Below, one piece after another: positions 8,755 to 18,699 of a DNA stretch of 64,000 nucleotides. Under the pieces are notes generated by a model that saw only the letters and a program-made list of their open reading frames with translations, was not told the origin of the DNA and did no database searches. Location of the stretch: positions 2,207 to 66,206 of the forward strand of contig JBDRYB010000007.1 in the NCBI GenBank assembly GCA_039803205.1, read 5' to 3'. The stretch's first letter is position 1, and every line of letters begins with the position of its first letter. Made by a program: the position numbers and the translations under genes. Source of the stretch: a candidate division WOR-3 bacterium (GTDB lineage Bacteria > Hydrothermota > Hydrothermia > JBDRYB01).

Positions 8755-10476
8755 ATGATGGAAATGGCCATACTGCTGATCTCAGCAGTGATAACCGTGC
8801 CGGAGGAGCCGGCGCAAGCAAGTGAGGCAGAGGCCGTAAGGCTCACCGAGAAGGCCGTGACGAACATGGTCGCTGTGGCCCCACCGGTTATGATGACCTT
8901 TTCCAAGGATGATCTGGTGATGGTAGAGAGGGCACCTTCATGCCAGGACGCGCGGCTCGTCGCTGAGATCATAGGAGATAACGGTTCTCGCGAATACATG
9001 CCCTTTGCTGGCGCTGGATGGGTGTGGAACGAGGTTTATGACCCCACATATCCTCACACGGATGACGGGTTTGACTCCTGGAACGAGATGAAGGCCGACG
9101 GCCTTGGAGCCCTCTGGGCGATCTACACGGGAACGACTCCCACATATACCATGGATACGATATTCGTGTTCTGCTCGGTGGATAGCGGAAATACCTGGAT
9201 CTACAAGCTCGCGATATACTCAGACCTGGACACCTATGATCCATGGGTCGCGAGGCTTTCGGTTGACCGGGTCAACAACTGGGTCTATATCTCCCACATC
9301 CTGGCAAAAGAGGCCGGAGGGGGAAATGTTTGGCCTGGAACCATTTGGGTTACCCGCTTTCAGCATCTCGGTGGAGGCGATATAGCGAATCTCGGGACAT
9401 ACGAGTGCGATCCGCAGGGCTGGGGCGATATATACTTTAAGTGCGCTGTAGCCTGTGATGGTTCTGGTTCGGAGTATGTTTACCTGGGAGGGATAGACTG
9501 GATTAACGGCTACATGGATTACTACAGGAGCTCTGACAGGGGGGAGACCTGGAGATACATAACCTCGTGGAGCTTGGGGGACTACTGGACCAATGTTTTA
9601 TCAGCTGCGCCGAGATACGGGGCATCAGGCGCTCTGATAGCCTGGATTGATTGGGACGATGTCCAACGCGATTTCCGTTATTACTGGGCTGAGGTGACCA
9701 GCGCGGGAGAAACCGGACATTACTTCAGCCCCGGTGGAACAGGCTTCAGGGGGCTTTACGGCATAGCCGCGATCGGCAATACCTGGGCCGCGCCGTTTGA
9801 AGAGGAGGCTGGCCCCGCTAATTTTGATACCTACTTTTATTACTACGATGGCTCAGCTTACTGGCTATACACATGGGACAACACGCCCGCGGATTGCCGC
9901 TCTCCCGCAATGGATGCCACACCGGAAAACGGTGGAAGATACTACCAAGCCTTCTACAAGACCTCATCCGGAATGAGCGGAAGGCCCTACTTCTGCTGGG
10001 CCGAGGTCTCGGATATGTCCAGATGGTATACCTGGCCCTCCTGCGATTACGATGTTCACGATGAGGATGCCATAACCGTTCAGGAATCCGTGCACTGGAA
10101 GTTCATAGATGTTGCGGCCCAGGACACAGGTGCGGGTGGGTATCTGCCCCACATCGCTTGGAGGAGAACCGAGGGCGCGGAAGCGGGAGGCGACCCCTGG
10201 CACTCTCGGCCGGGGACCATCCGCACAGGGGAGTCTCAGCCCGAAGGGGTCCTCTTCGCGGCCTTCGTGGGCAAGGGAATAGCTTACTCGGTTCCTGGCG
10301 AGACAAAAGCGATGCTTTCGGTCTACGACGCGACAGGAAGAACGGTTTCTAGGATAGAGTGCACCCTCTCCGGCAGGGGCGTTTTGGAGCTCCCGAGCCT
10401 GAACCAGGGGGTCTATTTCTTCAATCTCGCGACGGAGGGCTTCGGGACGAGAAGGGGCATATTCACCCTAATGTAG
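8755..10476 (+). CDS. Secreted Asp-box/BNR-repeat protein with T9SS-type CTD, paralogue B
   Basis: Colinear with 6819..8573; Asp boxes SVDSGNTW and SSDRGETW; CTD VYDATGR...LNQGVYFF. Confidence 0.8.
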   Translation: MMEMAILLISAVITVPEEPAQASEAEAVRLTEKAVTNMVAVAPPVMMTFSKDDLVMVERAPSCQDARLVAEIIGDNGSREYMPFAGAGWVWNEVYDPTYPHTDDGFDSWNEMKADGLGALWAIYTGTTPTYTMDTIFVFCSVDSGNTWIYKLAIYSDLDTYDPWVARLSVDRVNNWVYISHILAKEAGGGNVWPGTIWVTRFQHLGGGDIANLGTYECDPQGWGDIYFKCAVACDGSGSEYVYLGGIDWINGYMDYYRSSDRGETWRYITSWSLGDYWTNVLSAAPRYGASGALIAWIDWDDVQRDFRYYWAEVTSAGETGHYFSPGGTGFRGLYGIAAIGNTWAAPFEEEAGPANFDTYFYYYDGSAYWLYTWDNTPADCRSPAMDATPENGGRYYQAFYKTSSGMSGRPYFCWAEVSDMSRWYTWPSCDYDVHDEDAITVQESVHWKFIDVAAQDTGAGGYLPHIAWRRTEGAEAGGDPWHSRPGTIRTGESQPEGVLFAAFVGKGIAYSVPGETKAMLSVYDATGRTVSRIECTLSGRGVLELPSLNQGVYFFNLATEGFGTRRGIFTLM

Positions 10477-10536
10477 GTCTTGTGCCTGCCCACATATTTA
10501 TTGCCCCGTCAACCGCGGAGGCCGTATAATCTGCGC

Positions 10537-10983
10537 GTGATCCTTTTACTCCTGGTGGCCGAAGGGCCGGAATCCACAGCGACCTTCCAGACCGAGTATT
10601 TCTCTTATGGAAGGCTCCAGATAACCATTCCGGTCCAATCTGTGGTTGACACAGTCAAGGGCACTGATTACACATGGTATTCGGTGAGGTCCAAGGCCTG
10701 GTCAGTTCCCCTGAACATCCTCCTGGGGTTCACCCTTCCCGGGAGGGGTTTTATTGACAGGGAGGATGTGATCGTCTCGGCCAGACAACGGATAAAGCTC
10801 GCGGGGACAAATGGCATGGCGATCTGGGGAACCTACAAGGACAAGCCTGGGTTTTGGTTTGACTTCACCTCCTCAAAGCTCTTCGGAAAGGATGTGTATC
10901 TCAGGGTATGGTATGAGCGAGCCTCGGAATCGGATACCGGGAAGCTCAGGATGACAATAGAAACCATCCAGAGCCTTCAATGA
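10537..10983 (+). CDS. Hypothetical exported protein
   Basis: GTG start 6 nt after TATAAT, short hydrophobic N-terminus, stop overlaps next ATG (ATGA). Confidence 0.6.
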   Translation: MILLLLVAEGPESTATFQTEYFSYGRLQITIPVQSVVDTVKGTDYTWYSVRSKAWSVPLNILLGFTLPGRGFIDREDVIVSARQRIKLAGTNGMAIWGTYKDKPGFWFDFTSSKLFGKDVYLRVWYERASESDTGKLRMTIETIQSLQ

Positions 10984-11951
10984 CCAGGGTCTCCCTCATC
11001 GGTCTTGGAAACTGGGGCAAGAACATCCTCCGGACCCTCATAAACCTGCATAGGGCGAGGATTTCCCTTGTTTGCGATGTGAGGGAAGAGGTTCTCCAGG
11101 AGATAATAGGGCTTTATCCCGAGCTGGTCGGAACGAGGGACCCGGACAGGGCAACCGAGGGCGTTGATGCGGCCATAATAGCTACCCCATCACCAACCCA
11201 CCACCGGATAGCGAAAGCCGCTCTTGAGAAAGGGGTTCATGTATTCGTTGAGAAGCCCATGGCCATGAGCGTCTCAGAGGCAGAGGAACTCGTCGATCTG
11301 GCAGAGAAAAAGGGCCTCCTTCTCTTTCCCGGCCACATCCTCCTCTTTCACCCAGGCATCCAGAGGCTCAAGAACCTTCTGGTGGGAGGGGAGCTCGGCA
11401 GGCTATTCTACATCTATTCCCAGAGGACGAACCTCGGGGTCATCCGAAAGGACGAAAATGTGGTATGGTCGCTCGCTCCTCACGACATATACATCTCAAA
11501 CTACCTGATGGGGACGGAGCCGGTCTCAGCCGCTGGTTTCGGAAAGGATTTCCTCCAGGATGGTGTTGAGGATGTGGCTTTTATTACACTTGAGTATCCT
11601 GGGGACAGGTTCTCCCACATCCATGTCTCTTGGCTCGATCCGAAAAAGACCAGGCGGCTTACGGTGGTCTGCTCTGAGAGGATGGCGGTCCTGGATGATA
11701 TGGAGGAGGAGGAAAAGCTCAAGATATACGACAAGGGTGTTGTGGCGAGGCTTTCTCCTGACGAGATCCCGCCCGGCACATTCCACATCAGGTATGGGGA
11801 CATATGGTCTCCCAAGCTGGATAAAGCCGAGCCGCTTCATGCTGAGCTCTCCCATTTCTTGGATTGCATAGAAGGAAGGGCAAAGCCCATTACGGACGGA
11901 AGGGATGGCCTTGCGGTCGCGAGGATCTTGGAGCAGATAAGCAGGCCTTGA
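10980..11951 (+). CDS. Gfo/Idh/MocA-family oxidoreductase
   Basis: Rossmann GLGNWG, VFVEKPMA, SLAPHDI, HVSWLDP motifs. Confidence 0.9.
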   Translation: MTRVSLIGLGNWGKNILRTLINLHRARISLVCDVREEVLQEIIGLYPELVGTRDPDRATEGVDAAIIATPSPTHHRIAKAALEKGVHVFVEKPMAMSVSEAEELVDLAEKKGLLLFPGHILLFHPGIQRLKNLLVGGELGRLFYIYSQRTNLGVIRKDENVVWSLAPHDIYISNYLMGTEPVSAAGFGKDFLQDGVEDVAFITLEYPGDRFSHIHVSWLDPKKTRRLTVVCSERMAVLDDMEEEEKLKIYDKGVVARLSPDEIPPGTFHIRYGDIWSPKLDKAEPLHAELSHFLDCIEGRAKPITDGRDGLAVARILEQISRP

Positions 11952-11990
11952 TCGTCCGGACGGAAAGGGCTAGAATATTCCCTCAGACTT

Positions 11991-13121
11991 ATGAAGGATT
12001 TCGTCTTTAGCCTTCGGACAAAGCTGGTTTTCGGAAGGGGAAGGCTTAAGGAAGCTGGCAGATGGGCCTGCGAGCTCGGGGAGAGATGCCTGGTAATGGT
12101 GGGGGGTGGCTCTGCTCGTCGCCACGGATACCTTGATGTCGTTCTTGAAAGCTTGAGGGAATCCGGGATCTCGGCCATGGTCTACGAGGGGGTTTCCCCA
12201 AACCCAAGGGACTCCGAGGCTGACGAGGCTGGTGTCATAGCCAGATCAGGGGATGCTGAGTTCATAGTTGCTCTCGGTGGAGGCTCTGTGATGGATTGCG
12301 CGAAACTCGCCGCGGTTGTAGCGGCTGAGGGTGGCAAGGCGTGGGATTTCGTTGTAGAACAAAGGCCAATAACAAGGGCCCTTCCCGTGCTGGCGATCCC
12401 AACTGTCGCGGCATCCGGCTCAGAGCTCGGCGGAGGAGCCGTGATATCAAAGCCTGAGCTCAAACAAAAGATAGGCGTGGGTTCCCCCCACATACAACCG
12501 AGAATAGCCCTCTGGGACCCTCTGACAACCTTAACCCTCCCCAAAAAGCCCACAATGGACGGGGCAGTTGACATCCTCCTGCACATCCTTGATAGGTGGT
12601 TCGGTGGCATAGGAGAGAGCTCGGTTGCTGATTCGCTCGCTGTTGCTCTCATGAGAGAGACGATTTCAGCATCCACGAGGCTTGCCAGGGACCTCTCTGA
12701 GCTCCACGCGAGGGAAACCCTTGCCCTCATCTCCTCCCTTGCCATAACCCAGCTGACTAACCTCGGCCGAGGGGGCGGGTTCACGGCCCACTCGTTTGAG
12801 CATGTGCTTTCCGGAAGGCACGATGAGGTTTCTCACGGAGCTGGCCTCGCCGCGTTGACCCCCGGATGGCTCTCATGGATGTATGAGGCGTATCCAGGAA
12901 GGGGCGAGAGGCTTGACAGGATGTGGGGAGGTGATTTCAGGGCGGGCATCATCAGTTGGCTCAGAGGGATTGATGCCCCAACTTCCCTGTCCGATCTCGG
13001 CATAAAGGAGCCAGAGCTCCAGGAATTCAACAGAGACCTCTGGGAGCTTTACTCCTGGAGCCTTTCCAGCATGACCGAAGAGGACACTTTGGAGATATGG
13101 AGGCGTTGTCTTGGCCGATGA
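11991..13121 (+). CDS. Iron-containing alcohol dehydrogenase (butanol dehydrogenase-like)
   Basis: ALGGGSVMDCAK, IPTVAASGSE, D..LHILD, AHSFEH, VSHGAGLA. Confidence 0.9.
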   Translation: MKDFVFSLRTKLVFGRGRLKEAGRWACELGERCLVMVGGGSARRHGYLDVVLESLRESGISAMVYEGVSPNPRDSEADEAGVIARSGDAEFIVALGGGSVMDCAKLAAVVAAEGGKAWDFVVEQRPITRALPVLAIPTVAASGSELGGGAVISKPELKQKIGVGSPHIQPRIALWDPLTTLTLPKKPTMDGAVDILLHILDRWFGGIGESSVADSLAVALMRETISASTRLARDLSELHARETLALISSLAITQLTNLGRGGGFTAHSFEHVLSGRHDEVSHGAGLAALTPGWLSWMYEAYPGRGERLDRMWGGDFRAGIISWLRGIDAPTSLSDLGIKEPELQEFNRDLWELYSWSLSSMTEEDTLEIWRRCLGR

Positions 13122-14157
13122 CATAACCGCTGAGATACACCCGGATCCAGCTGATTACTGGGTTTTGGGGCCCGAGTGGAAGGGGCTTCTGGCAGAAGCC
13201 AGAGAGACGAGCCCGTTTCTCACCCCTCTCTGGATAGGGCTTTCTTACGAGTATTTTGGCGGAGAAAGGCTCTCTTTCCTCATCTCTCTGAGACAGAACG
13301 GCAGGCTGGTCGGAATCGCTCCCCTCGCCATAAGGCCGGAAAAAGACACCGTCTGTTTCGCTGTTGATACCAGGCTAACCGATTACGCTGATCTGATAGT
13401 GTCTCCAGCCTACAGGGCTAGATGCATTCCCATGATAGCTGAGACCATAAGGGATTTCATGGGAGACGATGGATTCTCCGTGCTTCTTGAACCCATAAGC
13501 GGAAACTCCCCGAACCTCAAGGCACTTGAACAAGCCTTCGGGGGCCAGAGTAGGGTAGTGGCCTCTCAGATGCTTCTGAAGCTCAGCGCGACAACGGACG
13601 AATTTCTCTACAAGACCCTGAGGCCGGAGGACAGGAAATCCTTGCTAAAGAGGGAAGACAGGCTCATGAGGAACCACGAGGCCGAAGTTGATTGCCTGAG
13701 GACGCCCATGGAGCTATCTGAGAACCTTGATGAGCTCCTCTGGATGTTCGTAGCCGAATCCTCTGAGAAGAAGGCGTTCTTGACCCGGGAGAGGGAGACC
13801 TTCCTCAAGGAGGTTTTCCCCCTGGCCGCGAAGGAGGGCATGGCAAGGCTGTATTACCTCAGGGTGAACGGGGCAAGGGTTGCCGGCCACCTCGTTCTTG
13901 AATCAAGGGATACTGTTTATATTTACCTCAGCGCTGAAGGGGCGAAGGGCGCTGAATTGTCAGCCGGCACCCTCCTCCTCAAGAGCATAATAGAGAATGC
14001 CATAGAACGGGGTTTCTCGTGGGTGAACTTCGGGAGAGGAACCGAGGAATACAAGAAGCGCCTCGGCGCCAAAGAGACGAAGCTTTTCAGGCTCACGGTT
14101 GGAGATCCCATTAGCACAGAGGAGAGCGGGAGGCCGGAGAACCTGATGAGACTTTAG
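13111..14157 (+). CDS. GNAT-family N-acetyltransferase (CelD/BcsL-like)
   Basis: SPFLTPLW N-terminus, LVGIAPL, DYADLI, SAGTLLL..II..AIERG...NFGRGTEEYKKRLG. Confidence 0.8.
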   Translation: MADDITAEIHPDPADYWVLGPEWKGLLAEARETSPFLTPLWIGLSYEYFGGERLSFLISLRQNGRLVGIAPLAIRPEKDTVCFAVDTRLTDYADLIVSPAYRARCIPMIAETIRDFMGDDGFSVLLEPISGNSPNLKALEQAFGGQSRVVASQMLLKLSATTDEFLYKTLRPEDRKSLLKREDRLMRNHEAEVDCLRTPMELSENLDELLWMFVAESSEKKAFLTRERETFLKEVFPLAAKEGMARLYYLRVNGARVAGHLVLESRDTVYIYLSAEGAKGAELSAGTLLLKSIIENAIERGFSWVNFGRGTEEYKKRLGAKETKLFRLTVGDPISTEESGRPENLMRL

Positions 14158-14208
14158 GCCTTGCGCGTAATGGATTTATAGTGGTCTCTGGTTCTATAAT
14201 CTGGCGTC

Positions 14209-15966
14209 ATGAAAAGATTTTTAGTTATTGGTTGGACTGCGTTTCTGGCATGCTCGGCACCCCTTGCTAGGGAGAGGTTTTACATCGGCTCGGAACCCGT
14301 TGATGTAGCCTTATGTGTTCGGGGTAGTAGGATGGGGCTTGAGGTCCTTGACCCCGGTCAGGCCCTCATGGAGCCGAGGGCTTTTGTCCGTTTTCGGGAT
14401 GAGTGGGGGAGGATCAAGGATACCGTGTTCAGACTAGACCGCAGAGGCGAGGGTTTTTACAGGAACGAGTTGATATGTCCTGTTAAGTCTGGCCTCGCCC
14501 AGGTTCTCATAGAGGATCCCTCCGGCGCGAGGATTGATGGGGGAGGCCGTGGCATATTCAGATACATCGGGCATGAACGCCCGTGGCTTTTTGCCATGGC
14601 AATATCCGAAAAAGGGAGGCTCTCCAGCTCGGATAGGGTTGAGATAGTGAGGATGTGTTGGAAGGAAATAACGGCGGGTGGTAACCCTATAGCCTATTAT
14701 TACATCTGGGAATACGACACAGCTAGTTATTCCTGGGAGGACGCGAAACCAGTCTTGGATTCTGTTCTCAGGAAACCCAACGCTGATGCTCTTTACGCGG
14801 CTTTCAGGATTGCCGAGACATTCGGAAAGGACAGCCTTCAGGCCGCGTGCGCGGAGGATTTCGTCAGAAGGTATCCGAACGATCCTCGGGTAAATGACCC
14901 CATCCTTTATCTCGCGGAAAAATCAGGTAACCTTGAGGTATTCCTGAGGGAGCATCCGGACGATTCGGCCTGCAGTATAGCCGCGCTCTGGTCCCTGATG
15001 AGGAAAGCCATGGATGATAAGGACTACGAAAGGTATCAGGACTACGACGAGGTGCTCTCTAGGATCAGGCATACCTCCCCTGAATCTTGGATTAGCTTAG
15101 CTTACAGGGCTCTAAGTCTATTGGATACAACAGGCATAGATGAATTCACGAGGTGTCTCCGCGAGGCTGAGGCGAGGCTTTCCTGGGATACCTTGTTCTT
15201 GCTGTATCCTTTTGCGAAACCAGAGGGGAGGAAGAAGATTGAGCGGCGCCACCGTCAGATTTTTTGGGTTGCGAAAGCCGATTACCTCATGCACCTTGAA
15301 AGATACGAGGAGGCCTCCGTTTTCCTCGGGGCTTGTCTTGATTCCCTCGGGGAAAACGCTTATTTCTCCGCTGATGCTCATTTTCTCTCTTCGCTCATGA
15401 ACGCGCAGGTGGAGTCAGGCGACACATCCAGCGCCCTCCTCACGGCGACATGGCTCAAATACAGGGGAGATTTCCCGTCAAACTGGCTTGATACGGTTCT
15501 CAGCTGGGCAGATCAGAGAACCCGAGATAGCCTCCTTGCCTTTGTGGCATCCCAGCTCCCTTTGGCTCCGGATCTTTCCGAAAGGACCCTTGAGGGAGAC
15601 ACAATACGCTCATCGGATCTCAAAGGCAAGATCGTGGTCCTGAATTTCTGGGCAACATGGTGCGGGCCGTGCAGGGAGGAGATAAGCGCCTTGAACGAGC
15701 TGGTTAAGGAATATGAGAGCGATACCGGGGTCATTTTTCTCGCTTTGACAGCCGAGGACAGCGCGACGCTTTCCCGCTTTCTCAAGGAGACCCCCTTTCT
15801 GTATCGGCAATTGGTTGAAGCGGAGGAGGCCTTTGATGCATACGGTATAATGGCTGTCCCGACCCATTACATAATATCACCAAATGGGGTCATCCTGTTC
15901 AGAAAAATAGGGGGACTGAGGGAAGGCCCAGGGGAGCTGAGAAAGTTGATTGAAGAAGTTAAATAG
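14209..15966 (+). CDS. Exported helical-repeat protein fused to a TlpA/redoxin domain
   Basis: C-terminal KGKIVVLNFWATWCGPCREE...PTHYII; signal-like N-terminus. Confidence 0.85.
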   Translation: MKRFLVIGWTAFLACSAPLARERFYIGSEPVDVALCVRGSRMGLEVLDPGQALMEPRAFVRFRDEWGRIKDTVFRLDRRGEGFYRNELICPVKSGLAQVLIEDPSGARIDGGGRGIFRYIGHERPWLFAMAISEKGRLSSSDRVEIVRMCWKEITAGGNPIAYYYIWEYDTASYSWEDAKPVLDSVLRKPNADALYAAFRIAETFGKDSLQAACAEDFVRRYPNDPRVNDPILYLAEKSGNLEVFLREHPDDSACSIAALWSLMRKAMDDKDYERYQDYDEVLSRIRHTSPESWISLAYRALSLLDTTGIDEFTRCLREAEARLSWDTLFLLYPFAKPEGRKKIERRHRQIFWVAKADYLMHLERYEEASVFLGACLDSLGENAYFSADAHFLSSLMNAQVESGDTSSALLTATWLKYRGDFPSNWLDTVLSWADQRTRDSLLAFVASQLPLAPDLSERTLEGDTIRSSDLKGKIVVLNFWATWCGPCREEISALNELVKEYESDTGVIFLALTAEDSATLSRFLKETPFLYRQLVEAEEAFDAYGIMAVPTHYIISPNGVILFRKIGGLREGPGELRKLIEEVK

Positions 15967-16005
15967 GTCTATAATATTCACGGGAGGTGCGAAGGAGGTT
16001 TTAAG

Positions 16006-17997
16006 ATGTTGCTATATGTGTTGTTGTCCGCGACCCTCTCAGGGAGGGTTCTGGATTCGGAAAACGGCTATCCGGTAACCGGCGCTACGGTGGTCCTTGA
16101 GGGCGAGGAGCGCGGCACCTACACGGACGACCGCGGCCTCTTCGTCATCAAGGATGCGCCGGAGCGCGCTCTCAGGCTGGTAATCAGGAGAATAGGATAC
16201 GAGGAAAAGGCCGTGGACATACCCAGGCCAGCAACGGATCTGATCGTGGATTTGAGGCCAACGGGCGTCCTAAGCAGGGAAATAGTGGTAACTGGAACCG
16301 CTACTCCGCATATTATTGGGGAATCTCCCGTTCCGGTTCAGGTCGTATCCCGCTCCAGGATTGAGGCCGCGAACCAGGCCTCGGTTCCGGACGCCGTGAG
16401 GCTCCTGCCAGGCCTCATGGTCTCCGGAGGCGCTCCGAACGGCGCGACCGGGAGATACACGGTTATGCTTCAGGGTCTTCCCTCTCAGTATACACTTGCC
16501 CTTCTTGACGGCAAGCGTGTCCTCTCTGATCACATCCACACAGGCGTGAACCTTTCCCCTGTTCCGCTCATTCTCGTTGAGAGGATAGAGGTTGTTGAGG
16601 GGCCTGCCTCCGCGCTCTACGGTTCTGATGCGCTCGGAGGCGTTATAAACATTATAACAACGAAGCCTTCACCAGTGCCGACATACGCCTTCAGAACATA
16701 CTACGGGACATATGGCAATATTGATGCGGAGGGCGCTTTTGGCGGATCAGGGCCGGGCGGGAGCTCCTATCTTCTCTCTCTGGGGCAACGCTCATATGAC
16801 GGGAAAGAGCCAGTCCAGCGCTACCAGCGCCTCAGCGCTTCCTTCAAGGGAAACTGGAGGTGGTTCTACCTGAACGGCGATTACAATCAGGGAAACGAGG
16901 GCATTGACACGGCCGGATTGCCCACTGCCCGTTCCTGGAACTCCATCCTTGAGGCAAAGACTGTTCTGGTGTCCGGGGAATCGCAACACGAGATAGGCGG
17001 ATACCTCAACCACTTCTACAGAACCTATAAATCAGGTAACGCCCGGGAGGACAATTTCGTGGCAGAGGGAAACCTCAAGTCTCACTTCCACCTAGGTTTC
17101 AACCAGCTCTCCATCGGTGGTGCTGTCAGAAACAATCAGTTTGAACGAACCTGCACCCCCTATCACTCTGAGATGATCTACGGCGTTTTCGCGGAGGACG
17201 AGATAAGGCCCAAAGAGCTTTTTGGTTTCGTGGTTTCCACGAGGCTTGACTATTATCCCGTTGGCGGTTTGCAATTCACGCCGAAGGCCGGCGCTTTGGT
17301 CAAGCCCGCCAGATGGTTGAACCTGAAGGCCTCTGTCGGAAGAGGTTTCAGGGCTCCCAGCCTCCAAGACAGATACGAGGAGCTGTTTTTCCACAACACC
17401 TACTACAGGAACGGGAACCCGGACCTGAGGCCAGAGGTATCCTTGAACTACTCAGCGGGATTTGAGGTTTTGCCCGTGAGCTTCCTGGCAATGGGGATTT
17501 CCGGGTTTTACAACGATATCACTGATATGATCGGGCTTCTTCCGACACGTGATTCCCTGAACGGGTTCCCGATCTTGCGGCGCGAGAACATAAGGTCCGC
17601 GTTCACATGGGGAGTCTCTCCGAGGCTTCAGGCCGAGACCAGGTTCCTATCCCTGGCACTAGCCTATACTTACCTCAACGCGAGGGATGACAGCACGGGA
17701 ATGCCACTTGCCTACGAGCCGAAACACACGGTATCCGGACAGATTACGCTTGAATACGGCATTGCTGGCGCGAGCCTCACTGGCGAGTGGGTCAAGGACA
17801 GGCTTTATAGCGGAGCCATAAGGCTTCCGGATTACGCCCTATTGAACCTTAACCTGTTCGCGAGGCCCCTCAACGGTGTCCAGGTCAACTTCAGCATCCA
17901 GAACCTCCTTGATGAGGAGTTCTTCACCTACGAGGAAGGCAAGGCTCCGCTTTGCGAGGGGAGGACCTTTGGAGGAGGCCTGAACATAAGGTTCTAG
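16006..17997 (+). CDS. TonB-dependent receptor
   Basis: N-terminal carboxypeptidase-like domain, plug motif VERIEVVEGPASALYGSDALGGVINIIT, GNPDLRPE, NLLDEEF, C-terminal Phe; SD GAAGGAGG. Confidence 0.93.
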   Translation: MLLYVLLSATLSGRVLDSENGYPVTGATVVLEGEERGTYTDDRGLFVIKDAPERALRLVIRRIGYEEKAVDIPRPATDLIVDLRPTGVLSREIVVTGTATPHIIGESPVPVQVVSRSRIEAANQASVPDAVRLLPGLMVSGGAPNGATGRYTVMLQGLPSQYTLALLDGKRVLSDHIHTGVNLSPVPLILVERIEVVEGPASALYGSDALGGVINIITTKPSPVPTYAFRTYYGTYGNIDAEGAFGGSGPGGSSYLLSLGQRSYDGKEPVQRYQRLSASFKGNWRWFYLNGDYNQGNEGIDTAGLPTARSWNSILEAKTVLVSGESQHEIGGYLNHFYRTYKSGNAREDNFVAEGNLKSHFHLGFNQLSIGGAVRNNQFERTCTPYHSEMIYGVFAEDEIRPKELFGFVVSTRLDYYPVGGLQFTPKAGALVKPARWLNLKASVGRGFRAPSLQDRYEELFFHNTYYRNGNPDLRPEVSLNYSAGFEVLPVSFLAMGISGFYNDITDMIGLLPTRDSLNGFPILRRENIRSAFTWGVSPRLQAETRFLSLALAYTYLNARDDSTGMPLAYEPKHTVSGQITLEYGIAGASLTGEWVKDRLYSGAIRLPDYALLNLNLFARPLNGVQVNFSIQNLLDEEFFTYEEGKAPLCEGRTFGGGLNIRF

Positions 17998-18048
17998 GAG
18001 GCTGGTTTTCAGAAGATCATGATCACCCCTTTATAGGCCAGGTTCCCA

Positions 18049-18699
18049 TTACTTCAATATACCCGGAGGCAGTTTATCGTATTTCGGCCCCTCAACTCCA
18101 TCCAGAACAACGAATGAGGAGTCGCCTTCGGTCGCCCAGTAAGCAATGTGCTCCAGGTTGTATGTTATCCTACCTATCTCATCGTAGAACTTGCCTTCCG
18201 CGGTGTCAACGACGAGGCTAAACTTCCCTTTGAGTTTCGCTTTGTAGAGAACCCGACCTTCTGGGATGATGTTTATGTCCGAGATGTCATCGTATTCTTT
18301 CCCAGGTTTCCCATCGTCAACCACAAGCTTCTTGGTTCCCTTTTCCGTGACATAGATGAGCCTTTCGCCTACCGGGCCACGGGCATGGGATGATGCCCTA
18401 GTCAGATCCGATGAAATGGAGGCAGATGAGGCTCCGGGGTAGGCATACGCCGGCACAAAGGCTATGTAGGTTATCCTGTCGTATAAGGGGCCCTCGGTCC
18501 CATCAACTACGACGACCTGGCCTTCGCCCTTTTTCGCCACATAAACCAGCTTCCCCGATGGTGAGAACATTATGGTTCCCACAACGGAGTAAAGGTAATC
18601 CCTTGATGTTCCCTCAAGCTCTTTGGCCATCTTTTCGGCCTTTCTCTCCAGACCACAAGAAACCAAACCCGCACAAAACAAAAGCAAAAATCTCTTCAT
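18049..18699 (-). CDS. Lipoprotein with DGxEGxxYDxI beta-repeats; possibly truncated
   Basis: Lipobox LVSC; four repeats; the repeat pattern resumes in another frame at the stop codon. Confidence 0.65.
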   Translation of the reverse strand: MKRFLLLFCAGLVSCGLERKAEKMAKELEGTSRDYLYSVVGTIMFSPSGKLVYVAKKGEGQVVVVDGTEGPLYDRITYIAFVPAYAYPGASSASISSDLTRASSHARGPVGERLIYVTEKGTKKLVVDDGKPGKEYDDISDINIIPEGRVLYKAKLKGKFSLVVDTAEGKFYDEIGRITYNLEHIAYWATEGDSSFVVLDGVEGPKYDKLPPGILK

